A stretch of 64,000 nucleotides of DNA from IMG/VR virus record IMGVR_UViG_3300044733_004754; one strand, 5' to 3'. A program made the translations under genes and the position numbers. The notes under the pieces were generated by a model. It was given only the letters and a program-made list of their open reading frames with translations, was not told where the DNA came from and searched no databases. Of this stretch, positions 10,601 through 17,167 are shown one piece after another (position 1 is the first letter of the stretch; every line of letters starts with the position of its first letter). This stretch comes from a virus.

Positions 10601-11113
10601 GCTTTTAGTGGTGGGTATACGGCGGTGTATACTGGCGCTTACAGTCAAGCCTTTACTGGTACATTCAGCGGCATTTATACTGGTCAGTTTTCTGGTGCGT
10701 ACACGGGAGCATTTGGTTCATTGTTTACAGGAGTATACAGCCGTATATTCACTGGATCTTATTCGAGCGCATTCACAGGCCAGTTTAACCAATCGCCTGT
10801 TTACACGAGCGTGTATTCAAGACCATATGCTGGCGTGTATGGTCAGACGTTTAGTAGTACGACATATCCAGGTGCGTTTTATGCACAAGCGTTTACAGGA
10901 GAGTACACAGGATCGTATACAGGAACCTCTATCTTTGGGTTCACAAGTAGTTTTTCTAAAGCATTTACTAGTTTGTTAGGTTCTTTTTCATCGTTATTTA
11001 CAGGACTATATACTAACATAACAGGGCAATATCTAGCAGCTTGGTCGGGGTTGACAATAATGTCAACGCCGGAAACAATTCAAACACTTAAACTTTGGGT
11101 ACGAACAGCATGA
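4685..11113 (+). CDS. Giant Gly/aromatic tetrapeptide-repeat protein B (putative hairpin filament, 2142 aa)
   Basis: Same architecture as protein A: three RPL...QEMSNxDI modules, about 1860 aa of [YF]-x-G-x repeats, the central YQDPY...FTGPFAG motif and a C-terminal LKLWVRTA. Confidence 0.8.
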   Translation: MPLRPLYYNTSLSGLQEMSNTDIDGYISNVIGSDFASTEDIGSLIVQDPGDPVPANSTSIGTWVDTRYDQQIGDHPVSEANLVYSNTTIYQRLGGGPLTDPSMVRPICWNDTLDGVQQMANTDIDTTIIAKAVSYIVNGGVGSYVLQPSAPVTGTWVVRGRLQNTERPYFANETFLWQKTSESPSGSIKPLKWSTNALREMSNNDIKTLTHRARNYIANTGIGTYQLSTTTPSSGGTWVEAGTGFNDTRQEIRPQTYNAQVYTATFSGVYTRAFVGKYQGSFTGLYGIPYTREFTGTFADTFTGAFNQQFTGAFSSGYATTYTGTFNQQFTGQFTGAYTGGYTGTFTGAYTGGYTGAFTGVYSAPYVGSFTGVYVGTFNQQFTGAFSGVYLGTYQQNFTGDYVGGFTGAFSGAYAQAFTGAYSSIFTAAYSGSFTGQFSGLYTGAFTGVYVGSYVGKFTGAYTAIYSRLFTGDYTGIYTGAYSQNFTGAFTGQFNQVFTGTFAGGYAGTFNQVFTGTFAGTYSSLFSAIYTGNYTGIYSQAFTGAFTGIFNQAFTGNFVGNYVGNYQQTFTGAFAGTYSSLFTGSYTGNYTGLYNQVFTGTFAGTYSQVFSGSYTGNYTGLYNQVFTGTFAGTYSRLFTGSYTGNYTGIYNQIFTGTFAGTYSRLFTGSYTGNYTGIYNQVFTGAFVGNYAGSFTGSFAGGYTGAFSGSYTGAYTGIYAGSYVGNYQGNFTGSFAGTYSRLFIGSYSGGYTRAFTGAYTGIYSGGYVGSFTGLYSGGYVGSFTGIYSGGYTRAFSGSYTGSYTGTYAGTYTGLYSGGYVGSFTGIYSGGYTRAFSGSYTGSYTGTYAGTYTGIYAGGYVGYFTGIYSGGYTRAFSGSYTGSYTGTYVGTYTGIYAGGYVGYFTGIYSGGYTRAFSGSYTGSYTGTYAGTYTGLYSGGYVGYFTGIYSGGYVGYFTGIYGGTYSRLFTGAYAGGYIGYFTGIYGGTYSRLFTGAYAGGYVGYFTGIYGGTYSRLFTGTYSGSYQGNFTGLYSGTYSRLFTGSYTGLYSGNFQGNFTGAFAGTYSRLFTGLYTGSYSRGFTRVFIGTYQRGFIGSYAGSFNNTFTPTFAGAYARAFIGVYAGSYQNPFTGIYFTGYYTGFYINFFTGTYQGAFTRLFTGAYTGVYQDPYVILTFTGPFAGPGFFAGTYGGSYVGVFGASYSRLFTGFYSGSYTGDFTGAFARVFTATWTGSYAGSYQGNFTGSFAGTYSRLFTGQYSGAYAGSYQGNFTGTFAGTYSRLFTGTYSGNYQGNFSGIYAGSYAQTFTGIYSGNYQGNFSGTYAGAYAQTFTGIYSGNYQGNFSGTYAGAYAQTFTGAYAGAYAQTFTGTYAGGYTGYYSGAYAGTYSGAFNQTFTGAYAGAYAQTFTGTYAGGYTGYYSGAYAGTYSGSFNQTFTGAFAGAYAQTFTGTYAGGYTGYYSGAYAGTYSGAFNQTFTGAFAGVYQQTFTGTYSGGYIGYYSGAYAGTYSGAFNQTFTGAFAGVYQQTFTGSYSGTYQQTFTGGYAGTYSGSYNQTFTGAFLGSYESSFTGFYSGAYSRLFTGSYTGAYTGIYVGSYVGTFNQTFTGSFAGTYSRVFSGLYSGGYTGAFTGIYAGAYVGNFQGNFTGNYSGGYTGAFTGIYAGAYVGNFQGNFTGNYSGGYTGTFSGIYAGSYVGGYQGNFTGNYSGGYTGTFTGVYAGAYVGSYQGNFTGSFIGGYTRVFSGTYSGVYTGVYTGQFTGIYSTLFTGAFSGIYAGGYGGSFLGNFSGLYSGGYTGAFTGIYTGIYTGGYTGTFTGAYSTQFTGTFTGGYAGTYAGAYQGNFTGVFQGTYQQSFTGNYTGIYSQAFSGTYNQAFTRNFTFDYTGTFSGPYVGFFTGSYSQVFSRFFTGSYTGQFTGAYSGIYSQAFTGAFSGNYTGIYSQAFTGAYTGIFNQTFTGDFVGKFNQTFSGIFIGSYNQQFTGAFSGGYTAVYTGAYSQAFTGTFSGIYTGQFSGAYTGAFGSLFTGVYSRIFTGSYSSAFTGQFNQSPVYTSVYSRPYAGVYGQTFSSTTYPGAFYAQAFTGEYTGSYTGTSIFGFTSSFSKAFTSLLGSFSSLFTGLYTNITGQYLAAWSGLTIMSTPETIQTLKLWVRTA
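6416..6751 (+). repeat. 4 x 84-bp (28-aa) tandem repeat, left arm of protein B
   Basis: YSRLFTGSYTGNYTGIYNQVFTGTFAGT-type units start at 6416, 6500, 6584 and 6668. Confidence 0.85.
7052..7531 (+). repeat. 4 x 120-bp (40-aa) tandem repeat, left arm of protein B
   Basis: Near-identical DNA recurs at 7081, 7201, 7321 and 7441 (tggatcatatactggaacatacg). Confidence 0.9.
7532..7747 (+). repeat. 3 x 72-bp (24-aa) tandem repeat, left arm of protein B
   Basis: YVGYFTGIYGGTYSRLFTGAYAGG units start at 7532, 7604 and 7676. Confidence 0.85.
8528..8743 (+). repeat. 3 x 72-bp (24-aa) tandem repeat, right arm of protein B
   Basis: YSGNYQGNFSGTYAGAYAQTFTGI units start at 8528, 8600 and 8672. Confidence 0.85.
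8744..9223 (+). repeat. 4 x 120-bp (40-aa) tandem repeat, right arm of protein B
   Basis: Near-identical DNA recurs at 8761, 8881 and 9001 (tcaaacatttacaggtacttacgcaggcgg), with a more diverged copy at 9121. Confidence 0.9.
9524..9859 (+). repeat. 4 x 84-bp (28-aa) tandem repeat, right arm of protein B
   Basis: YSGGYTGAFTGIYAGAYVGNFQGNFTGN units start at 9524, 9608, 9692 and 9776. Confidence 0.85.
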
Positions 11114-11553
11114 AACGAACTATTGTAAATCCGCATTGGGTAAACAATGCAAGAACAGTTATCTCTGCTGAATTTCATTATGATGACGGTAGGGTAGCGC
11201 AGGCAACGATTTCCGAGTCGGATGTTACTAATCCAGACCTTGTTGAAATTAAATCAAAATTTACGGACGAGCAACTTGAAGCTAACACGCGTAAAAAAAT
11301 TCAAGAGATCAATGCCGAGCGTGAGCGTAAGCATCAGGAAGAATTGGCTAAGGCTCAACGAAAACAACAAGAAGAATTGTTTGCAGCTAAGCTAAGAATT
11401 TTTGAGATCGACGCCATTAAAGAATCAGATAATCGAGTGCTCAAAGCAAAGATAAGAAAGTCAAAGAGTGATGTTGAGGCTATGGCGTGGGCCTCGGCTT
11501 TGTTGCTTGATATAGCCCAAAAGGAAATAGCAACAAATTCAACGGCGGAGTAA
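11110..11553 (+). CDS. Hypothetical protein, possible fibre assembly chaperone
   Basis: The ATG at 11110 overlaps the stop of protein B (ATGA coupling). It has a beta-like N-terminus and a charged helical C-terminal half. Confidence 0.55.
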   Translation: MKRTIVNPHWVNNARTVISAEFHYDDGRVAQATISESDVTNPDLVEIKSKFTDEQLEANTRKKIQEINAERERKHQEELAKAQRKQQEELFAAKLRIFEIDAIKESDNRVLKAKIRKSKSDVEAMAWASALLLDIAQKEIATNSTAE

Positions 11554-11555
11554 AA

Positions 11556-12290
11556 ATGAATATTCGTAATGGTTTTTTAATTGTTGCATCACAACTCAAA
11601 GAGTATCTAGATTCGGCAAATTATCTGGCGAGTAGTATAAAAGACTACTATCCCGAAGCACACATCACTCTTTTTGTAACTCCAAAGCTAGAGCAATATG
11701 CTGACCGCAGTGCCTTTGATCTAGTTATATCTGAGGATGTTCCGAACCATGTGCGTACAAAGTTGTACGCTCTCTCCAGAACACCATACACTGAGCTTAC
11801 TGTTTATGTTGATGCAGATATGGAGTGCATGCACTCTGATGTCTCGAATATTTGGGATGAAATGCCTGAGGATTGTGACCTCCTGATTACAAAAATACGT
11901 CCCTATAACGGTAAAGAGGATCGTTGGCCGGGAGGTGCGACGATACCTCAAGGCCGTATGATATATCATGGTGGTTTTTTTATGTACAGATCAAACCCAC
12001 AAACACTTGAGTTTATGCGTAGGTGGTGGGAGGATTATAAATTACAAAGAAGTGAACCATGGCCTTATCCTGAAGAAGAGTGTAGGAAGTCCTTTGCTCA
12101 ATGGGATCAATTTACTTTTTGGAAACTTTTAGCTGTTGACAAGCTAGATGTTAAGGTAGGTGTTTTTGATGATGATGCAAGATGGAATTTTGTAAATGGT
12201 TATTATCCAAAAGAAGCCAAAAAAGAGATCGTTTTTTGGCACCACACTATTCCTTCTAAGCACGAAAATATAGGGATCAAAGCTAAATGA
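11556..12290 (+). CDS. GT-A fold glycosyltransferase (GT8-like / nucleotide-diphospho-sugar transferase)
   Basis: YVDADM DxD motif, followed by HGGFF and WDQFTFW motifs typical of GT8/GT77-like enzymes. Confidence 0.7.
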   Translation: MNIRNGFLIVASQLKEYLDSANYLASSIKDYYPEAHITLFVTPKLEQYADRSAFDLVISEDVPNHVRTKLYALSRTPYTELTVYVDADMECMHSDVSNIWDEMPEDCDLLITKIRPYNGKEDRWPGGATIPQGRMIYHGGFFMYRSNPQTLEFMRRWWEDYKLQRSEPWPYPEEECRKSFAQWDQFTFWKLLAVDKLDVKVGVFDDDARWNFVNGYYPKEAKKEIVFWHHTIPSKHENIGIKAK

Positions 12291-12919
12291 AAGAAATTCA
12301 AATAAACAATAAAGAACTTAAACAAATTTTAAATGATTGGTTAGAGGTTCTTTTGAGAGCAGATCGTTCGAAATATCCCTATCAAGCAGGCGTGGGTAAA
12401 ACTGGATTAGTGACTCCAGAGTATGCATGTAGTATGGAATACTTGCAACACATGCAAAGTAAAAAAGTAGACGGATTCCCAGAAACAACACATGGTGTTG
12501 ATCTAATGAGGTTTCGACCACCACACCAATCCCTTGCCGACGCTTTGGTAAAGCTAGACTACGATCTACTCAATTGGTCTGGATCGCGCAACAATGCGGT
12601 TAAGATGCTCTATCCTAAAGGCGGGTATATGGGCTGGCATCATAATGCAAACGCGCCCGGTTATAACATTCTTTTATCATGGTCTGAAAAAGGTACAGGT
12701 TTCTTTCGTTACCAAGATCCAATAACAAAAGAGATTGTCACGATGCAGGACACGCCTGGGTGGACGTGTAAAGTTGGATATTATGGACCATGGCATGAGC
12801 CGGATCGAATCTACTGGCACTGCGCAAGCGCACATGAAGAAGAGCGGGTAACGCTAGGGTATATCATTCCTCATGAAGGGATGTGGAATAATATGTGCGA
12901 TGATATTCAGTCAGCGTAA
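12287..12919 (+). CDS. Cupin / 2OG-Fe(II) oxygenase-like protein
   Basis: YPKGGYMGWHHN...YWHCA...RVTLGY fits a double-stranded beta-helix metal-binding pattern. Confidence 0.55.
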   Translation: MKEIQINNKELKQILNDWLEVLLRADRSKYPYQAGVGKTGLVTPEYACSMEYLQHMQSKKVDGFPETTHGVDLMRFRPPHQSLADALVKLDYDLLNWSGSRNNAVKMLYPKGGYMGWHHNANAPGYNILLSWSEKGTGFFRYQDPITKEIVTMQDTPGWTCKVGYYGPWHEPDRIYWHCASAHEEERVTLGYIIPHEGMWNNMCDDIQSA

Positions 12920-13647
12920 TATTTTCTAAAGAAGTGTTCGTAGTGTTTGGGTAGGGTTGGACCGTTAAAAAGTATCACAGGTATTTTTTTAACGGTCTCA
13001 ACAAACTTACTTTCTCTATATGCTTTTTGGACTGGGTCGTACAACGCATTCTCTTCAATGTCTACGCCGTAAAGAAAAGAATAAAATTTTCTTGTTGGAA
13101 AATATCCAATATTCACGTTGATATTTTCTTTCTCATAAAACAAAAAAGAGTCCATACCCCATCTATATTTGTTCATAAATGATTCAGGATCTCTAGATAC
13201 AAACTCCCAAATTTTTTGTGGTTTGTTTTCTTGCCACGTCATGCAACTACTGTTAAACGGATGGTGAAATATTGGGAAACCATAGTCCCATTTTGGTCTC
13301 CACTCTGCTTCAATTAGTGTTAGCTCATTATGATTAAAAGCAGTGATGTCGTTAATGTCGTGTTTAATGACAACATCGAGATCAAAAAAAATACGATCAC
13401 CAGTTGGTAGTTGATCGTTTACTTGCTCACTGAACAGAAACATCTTATTGTAGACGACGATATCAAACTCGTTTTCAACATATTCAATGATATTGATACC
13501 ATGTGAAATCCCTTCGGGATTGTCCGTGTAGCAGAACATCTTGAATGGTCTTGCTATGTTCTTGCGGCACATCCTAAATAAGTTATTGACCATAGAGCTA
13601 GGGTATTTCGTACCAACTTTAACACATAAAATAGTGAGCATTTCCAT
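12907..13647 (-). CDS. Glycosyltransferase (GT-A fold)
   Basis: CVKVGTKY N-terminus, FCYTD, FFDLDVVI (DxD) and NSSCMTW motifs. Confidence 0.7.
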   Translation of the reverse strand: MEMLTILCVKVGTKYPSSMVNNLFRMCRKNIARPFKMFCYTDNPEGISHGINIIEYVENEFDIVVYNKMFLFSEQVNDQLPTGDRIFFDLDVVIKHDINDITAFNHNELTLIEAEWRPKWDYGFPIFHHPFNSSCMTWQENKPQKIWEFVSRDPESFMNKYRWGMDSFLFYEKENINVNIGYFPTRKFYSFLYGVDIEENALYDPVQKAYRESKFVETVKKIPVILFNGPTLPKHYEHFFRKYYAD

Positions 13648-14248
13648 GGATATTCAATATCTAACAAAAATTTCAGATGTTTTAAGGAAGGGTGTGTCTA
13701 CAGGGTTAAATGTGTTTGATTTCGCTAATTCATTCAGTCAAACACAACTCGAATCAAAAAAATGGTTGGTTGAAGAATTAAGTAAAGTTTCATTCAAGAA
13801 ACAACCCACCATACTTATATTGGGTGGATGGTACGGAAGCTATCTTGTTCCACTGCTACGGCAGCATGTAAAACCTGATCACATATATTTCAATGATATC
13901 GACAGATCGTGTTTAGACGTTGCAAAAGAGTTACATACCAGATACAAAGAAGATAGAAGTATAAGTTTCCACCATTTTGATGCTACAGCAATGTTTCATC
14001 ATTTTGATGCTGATATCGTTATAAACACTTCATGTGAGCACATGGAGCAGTACGAGGAGATGTTGAAGGAGGGCCAAGATACGTTATTCGTACTGCAGTC
14101 GTGTGATGAGGAAAGTGACCCGGGTCACGTAAACGTTTCCAAATCAACACAAGATTTTTTACACAAAGTTGGGTTAACGCGCGTATACATGCAGTCGAGA
14201 AAGAACCTTGGACACAAAAACAGGTTTTTGATCATAGGTAAACAATAG
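13646..14248 (+). CDS. Class I SAM-dependent methyltransferase
   Basis: ILILGGWYG motif I, FNDID and DIVINTSCEH. Start moved to the ATG at 13646. Confidence 0.7.
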   Translation: MDIQYLTKISDVLRKGVSTGLNVFDFANSFSQTQLESKKWLVEELSKVSFKKQPTILILGGWYGSYLVPLLRQHVKPDHIYFNDIDRSCLDVAKELHTRYKEDRSISFHHFDATAMFHHFDADIVINTSCEHMEQYEEMLKEGQDTLFVLQSCDEESDPGHVNVSKSTQDFLHKVGLTRVYMQSRKNLGHKNRFLIIGKQ

Positions 14249-14260
14249 CATAAGTGTTTT

Positions 14261-14268
14261 TATAAATA
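14261..14268 (+). promoter_or_regulatory. T4-type late promoter TATAAATA
   Basis: Exact consensus, intergenic, upstream of structural genes. gp55 is encoded in the window. Confidence 0.85.
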
Positions 14269-14291
14269 CACAAAAACAGAGAATTCTACTC

Positions 14292-14618
14292 ATGGCCATA
14301 AAAGCAAATTTGATAATTGATCAAGGGACAGATTATCAAACAGATATAACACTTACGGACCTTGATGATAATGTTGTTAACTTGTCCGGGTATACAGCTA
14401 ATGCCCAGATAAGAAAGTCATACACTTCGTCAAACGCTGTCAGTTTTTCTGTAACGCTTGGTGAAAATACTGGTATTGTGACGTTATCGTTAACCGATAC
14501 ACAAACAGCCAATATCACACCTGGAAGGTATTTGTATGATGTTCTCTTAACATCAAACAATATAACATCGAGAATTGTAGAAGGTATAGTTACCGTAACG
14601 CCAGGAGTAACGAGATGA
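14292..14618 (+). CDS. Small Ig-like virion structural protein
   Basis: NLIIDQGTD...LSGYTANAQIRKSY...GRYLYDV...RIVEG, a beta-sandwich family common in T4-like phages. Confidence 0.65.
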   Translation: MAIKANLIIDQGTDYQTDITLTDLDDNVVNLSGYTANAQIRKSYTSSNAVSFSVTLGENTGIVTLSLTDTQTANITPGRYLYDVLLTSNNITSRIVEGIVTVTPGVTR

Positions 14619-14839
14619 GTGCAGGGATAAAAGTGCGACTTTCGGGTGGTGCTATTAGTCCGGCTGGAACCGTAACAATTAAAAATACAATTCAATCTGA
14701 AGTAAATAGAAGAATAGACCAGCTGTTAGACGTGGTGGCTGATACTGCAAACACTGCTGCAGGAAGCACTCTTGTTTATGATCCATTAACAGACAAATAT
14801 GTCGTAAAATTATTAGACTTAGACGGGGGTAGTTTCTAA
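14615..14839 (+). CDS. Small tail-associated protein ending LDGGSF
   Basis: Overlaps the upstream stop (ATGA) and shares the C-terminal LDGGSF with the next gene. Confidence 0.55.
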   Translation: MSAGIKVRLSGGAISPAGTVTIKNTIQSEVNRRIDQLLDVVADTANTAAGSTLVYDPLTDKYVVKLLDLDGGSF

Positions 14840-16765
14840 ATGGCAAATTTAATTCAAATTAAACGAAGTGAAACGACAGCAATACCAACTTCACTGGAAG
14901 ACGGCGAGTTAGCCTATACTAGTAATGGTGAAGTACTATTTATTGGTAGCAATGGTGTCGTTATTCCTATTGGTGGTCAACGGGTTCCTGGTGTTTTAAC
15001 GGCTAACCAAGCTCTTGTTGTTAACTCTTCAAGTTCTATTGACTCTATCAAGGTCGCAAACCTTGTACCGACAAAGATTTATGCAAATGGTTCCCATGGT
15101 AGTGTGGGCCAGGTTCTTGTGTCTGATGGTGCAAATGTGTTTTGGGGTACAGGCACAGCTGGCACTAATACAACCATTCAGTTTAACGACTCTGGTACAG
15201 CAAACGGTATTGCAGCATTTACGTTTAATAAAGATACGAATACAATGTTTGTATCTGGCGCTATTACTGTTGGCTCAAATGTCATTACAAATACTTCTAC
15301 TATTAGTATCGGTAACAGTACAGTTAACACGACCGCCAATTCGTCTGAGCTTCGTGTAAATGGTACTATAGTTAATAGTTCTATTGTCCAGGTTGCTGGA
15401 CAATTCCGAGGCTATACAGCTAACGTCAGTACAAGTATTGAAGTTGGTTCAAATGTGTTTGTCAACACATCGACTATATCCGTTGGTAATTCAACAGTCA
15501 ACACGCAGATAACCGGTTCACGTATACTGGTTGGTGGTGCCGATGATAGTTCCAATGTCACTTCAGGTGCGGTTGTTATTGATGGTGGTTTAGGTGTTGG
15601 TAAGAGAATAAACACAAAAGAACTAGCTGTTGGTAACACAACTGTTTATTCGTCTGCAAATGGTACGACAATTGTAACACAAGACGTGTTAGCAACAGGT
15701 ACTGTGAATGCGACAGTTTTGAGTGTCGGCGGTTCGGTTGTAGGTAACAACAGCGGTATCTTTACATCAGGTGTTGTCAACGGTGATATTGTCCAGGTCG
15801 GTTCTAACTTTAGAGCCAACACAACACAAACATCTGTTGGAACGTTCTTAACTGTTGCTGGTAATGCAGTTGTTAATGGTCAGCTCACAGTTAACAACAC
15901 AGCTGCTCTTGGTAACACAACCATCACCGGTTTTGCAAATGTTTCAACATCGTTGAATGTAACTGGTGCAGCAACAGTCAATGGTGCCTTGACGGTTAAC
16001 AACACAGCGGCTGTTGGTAACACAACAATAACAGGTTCGTTAGGCACAACAGGTGCAGCAACAGTCAATGGTGCGTTTACTGTTAACAATACAGCAAGTG
16101 TTGGTAATACAACAATCACAGGCTCGGCTAATGTAACAGGTCACCTACAAGCTAATTCTTTGAGTGTTGGTGACACAACAATCAGTGGTAACCTAACCGT
16201 TACAGGCACACTTACAACCGTCAGTGCCAATAATATCAGCATCACCGATTCAATGATCCAGCTGGCATCTAACAATACAACAACAGATGTGCTGGACATC
16301 GGTTTGTTTGGTAGTTATGAAGCCGGTGATAGTGGTAACCATGAACATACTGGTTTCTTCAGAGATGCAAGTGATTCGGGTGTTTGGAAACTGTTCGAGG
16401 GACTAGAAGTCTCCCCTACCACAACCGTCGATACAGGTAATAATACTTTTGAATTTGCAACGTTGCAAACATTCTTGAAAACGGGTGGTGCAGGTTTAAC
16501 AGGTTTAATAGCAAACTCAACAACTATTGCTTTAACTGCAAACAGTACATTGAATGTTGCGATCGTTGCTAACACATTGACACTATCAACAGCTCTTGCT
16601 GGTAATTCTGGTGGTACTGGTCTTGCAAGTTATACAGCTGAAGATATCCTTGTTGCAAACAGCACAAATGGCTTTAGAAAACTTGCACTGGGTACAGCAG
16701 GTCATGTATTACAAAGTAATGGTACAGCATTGATTTATTCAACATTGGACGGTGGTTCGTTCTAA
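14840..16765 (+). CDS. Tail fibre-like protein
   Basis: N-terminal IQIKRS...GELAY attachment module, Asn/Thr/Val-rich beta repeats (LTVNNTAAxGNTTITG) and a C-terminal LDGGSF. Confidence 0.7.
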   Translation: MANLIQIKRSETTAIPTSLEDGELAYTSNGEVLFIGSNGVVIPIGGQRVPGVLTANQALVVNSSSSIDSIKVANLVPTKIYANGSHGSVGQVLVSDGANVFWGTGTAGTNTTIQFNDSGTANGIAAFTFNKDTNTMFVSGAITVGSNVITNTSTISIGNSTVNTTANSSELRVNGTIVNSSIVQVAGQFRGYTANVSTSIEVGSNVFVNTSTISVGNSTVNTQITGSRILVGGADDSSNVTSGAVVIDGGLGVGKRINTKELAVGNTTVYSSANGTTIVTQDVLATGTVNATVLSVGGSVVGNNSGIFTSGVVNGDIVQVGSNFRANTTQTSVGTFLTVAGNAVVNGQLTVNNTAALGNTTITGFANVSTSLNVTGAATVNGALTVNNTAAVGNTTITGSLGTTGAATVNGAFTVNNTASVGNTTITGSANVTGHLQANSLSVGDTTISGNLTVTGTLTTVSANNISITDSMIQLASNNTTTDVLDIGLFGSYEAGDSGNHEHTGFFRDASDSGVWKLFEGLEVSPTTTVDTGNNTFEFATLQTFLKTGGAGLTGLIANSTTIALTANSTLNVAIVANTLTLSTALAGNSGGTGLASYTAEDILVANSTNGFRKLALGTAGHVLQSNGTALIYSTLDGGSF

Positions 16766-16781
16766 ATGAAAAAGGATTGTT

Positions 16782-17159
16782 ATGGAAGCAGATTTGGTAA
16801 ATGCGTTCGTTGAGAAACAGCGTGATACGATAAATGAATTTGTAGCAAAGAATGTAATGTTGGAGGCGCGGCTTGTTGTAGTTGAGAAGAAGCTACAACA
16901 AGCTGCTGACCTTAGTGATAAGATTGCTGATGGTGAGCTTCAGTTGAGGCTAATGAAAACACAAAACGAATCGATGTCGGTTATAATCGATAAGCAAAAA
17001 CAAAAAGAAAAAGAATTAAAAGAAAAGACTGATCAGCTCCAGGAAAAAAACGAACAGCTTCAGAAACTTGTAGATCAACTTACCAATGAAAAAGAAGCCC
17101 ACAGACAAAAAGCAGAAGCTCTTCGTAAAAAAGCTGAAGAGTTAATGCAAAACAACTAA
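16782..17159 (+). CDS. Coiled-coil hypothetical protein
   Basis: Heptad-rich E/K/Q/L sequence with an AAGGA Shine-Dalgarno upstream. Confidence 0.6.
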   Translation: MEADLVNAFVEKQRDTINEFVAKNVMLEARLVVVEKKLQQAADLSDKIADGELQLRLMKTQNESMSVIIDKQKQKEKELKEKTDQLQEKNEQLQKLVDQLTNEKEAHRQKAEALRKKAEELMQNN

Positions 17160-17167
17160 AGTTAAAA

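Noticed and set aside
1956-10979. Many alternative-frame and antisense ORFs inside the giant repeat genes (for example 8259-9350 and the PVY-repeat ORF 7039-7362)
   Set aside because: These are shadows of a low-complexity coding repeat, fully nested and without independent translation signals.
1922-11050. Ice-nucleation protein, collagen or CRISPR interpretation of the repeats
   Set aside because: The periodicity is 4 residues with an aromatic anchor, not the AGYGSTxT octamer or Gly-X-Y. The repeats are coding, vary at synonymous sites and have no repeat-spacer structure.
13541-13645. Upstream-extended starts in the ORF track (also 11095, 26772, 34573, 44023, 49576, 50414, 59600, 60084)
   Set aside because: Downstream ATGs have better SD sequences or stop-start coupling and match family N-termini.
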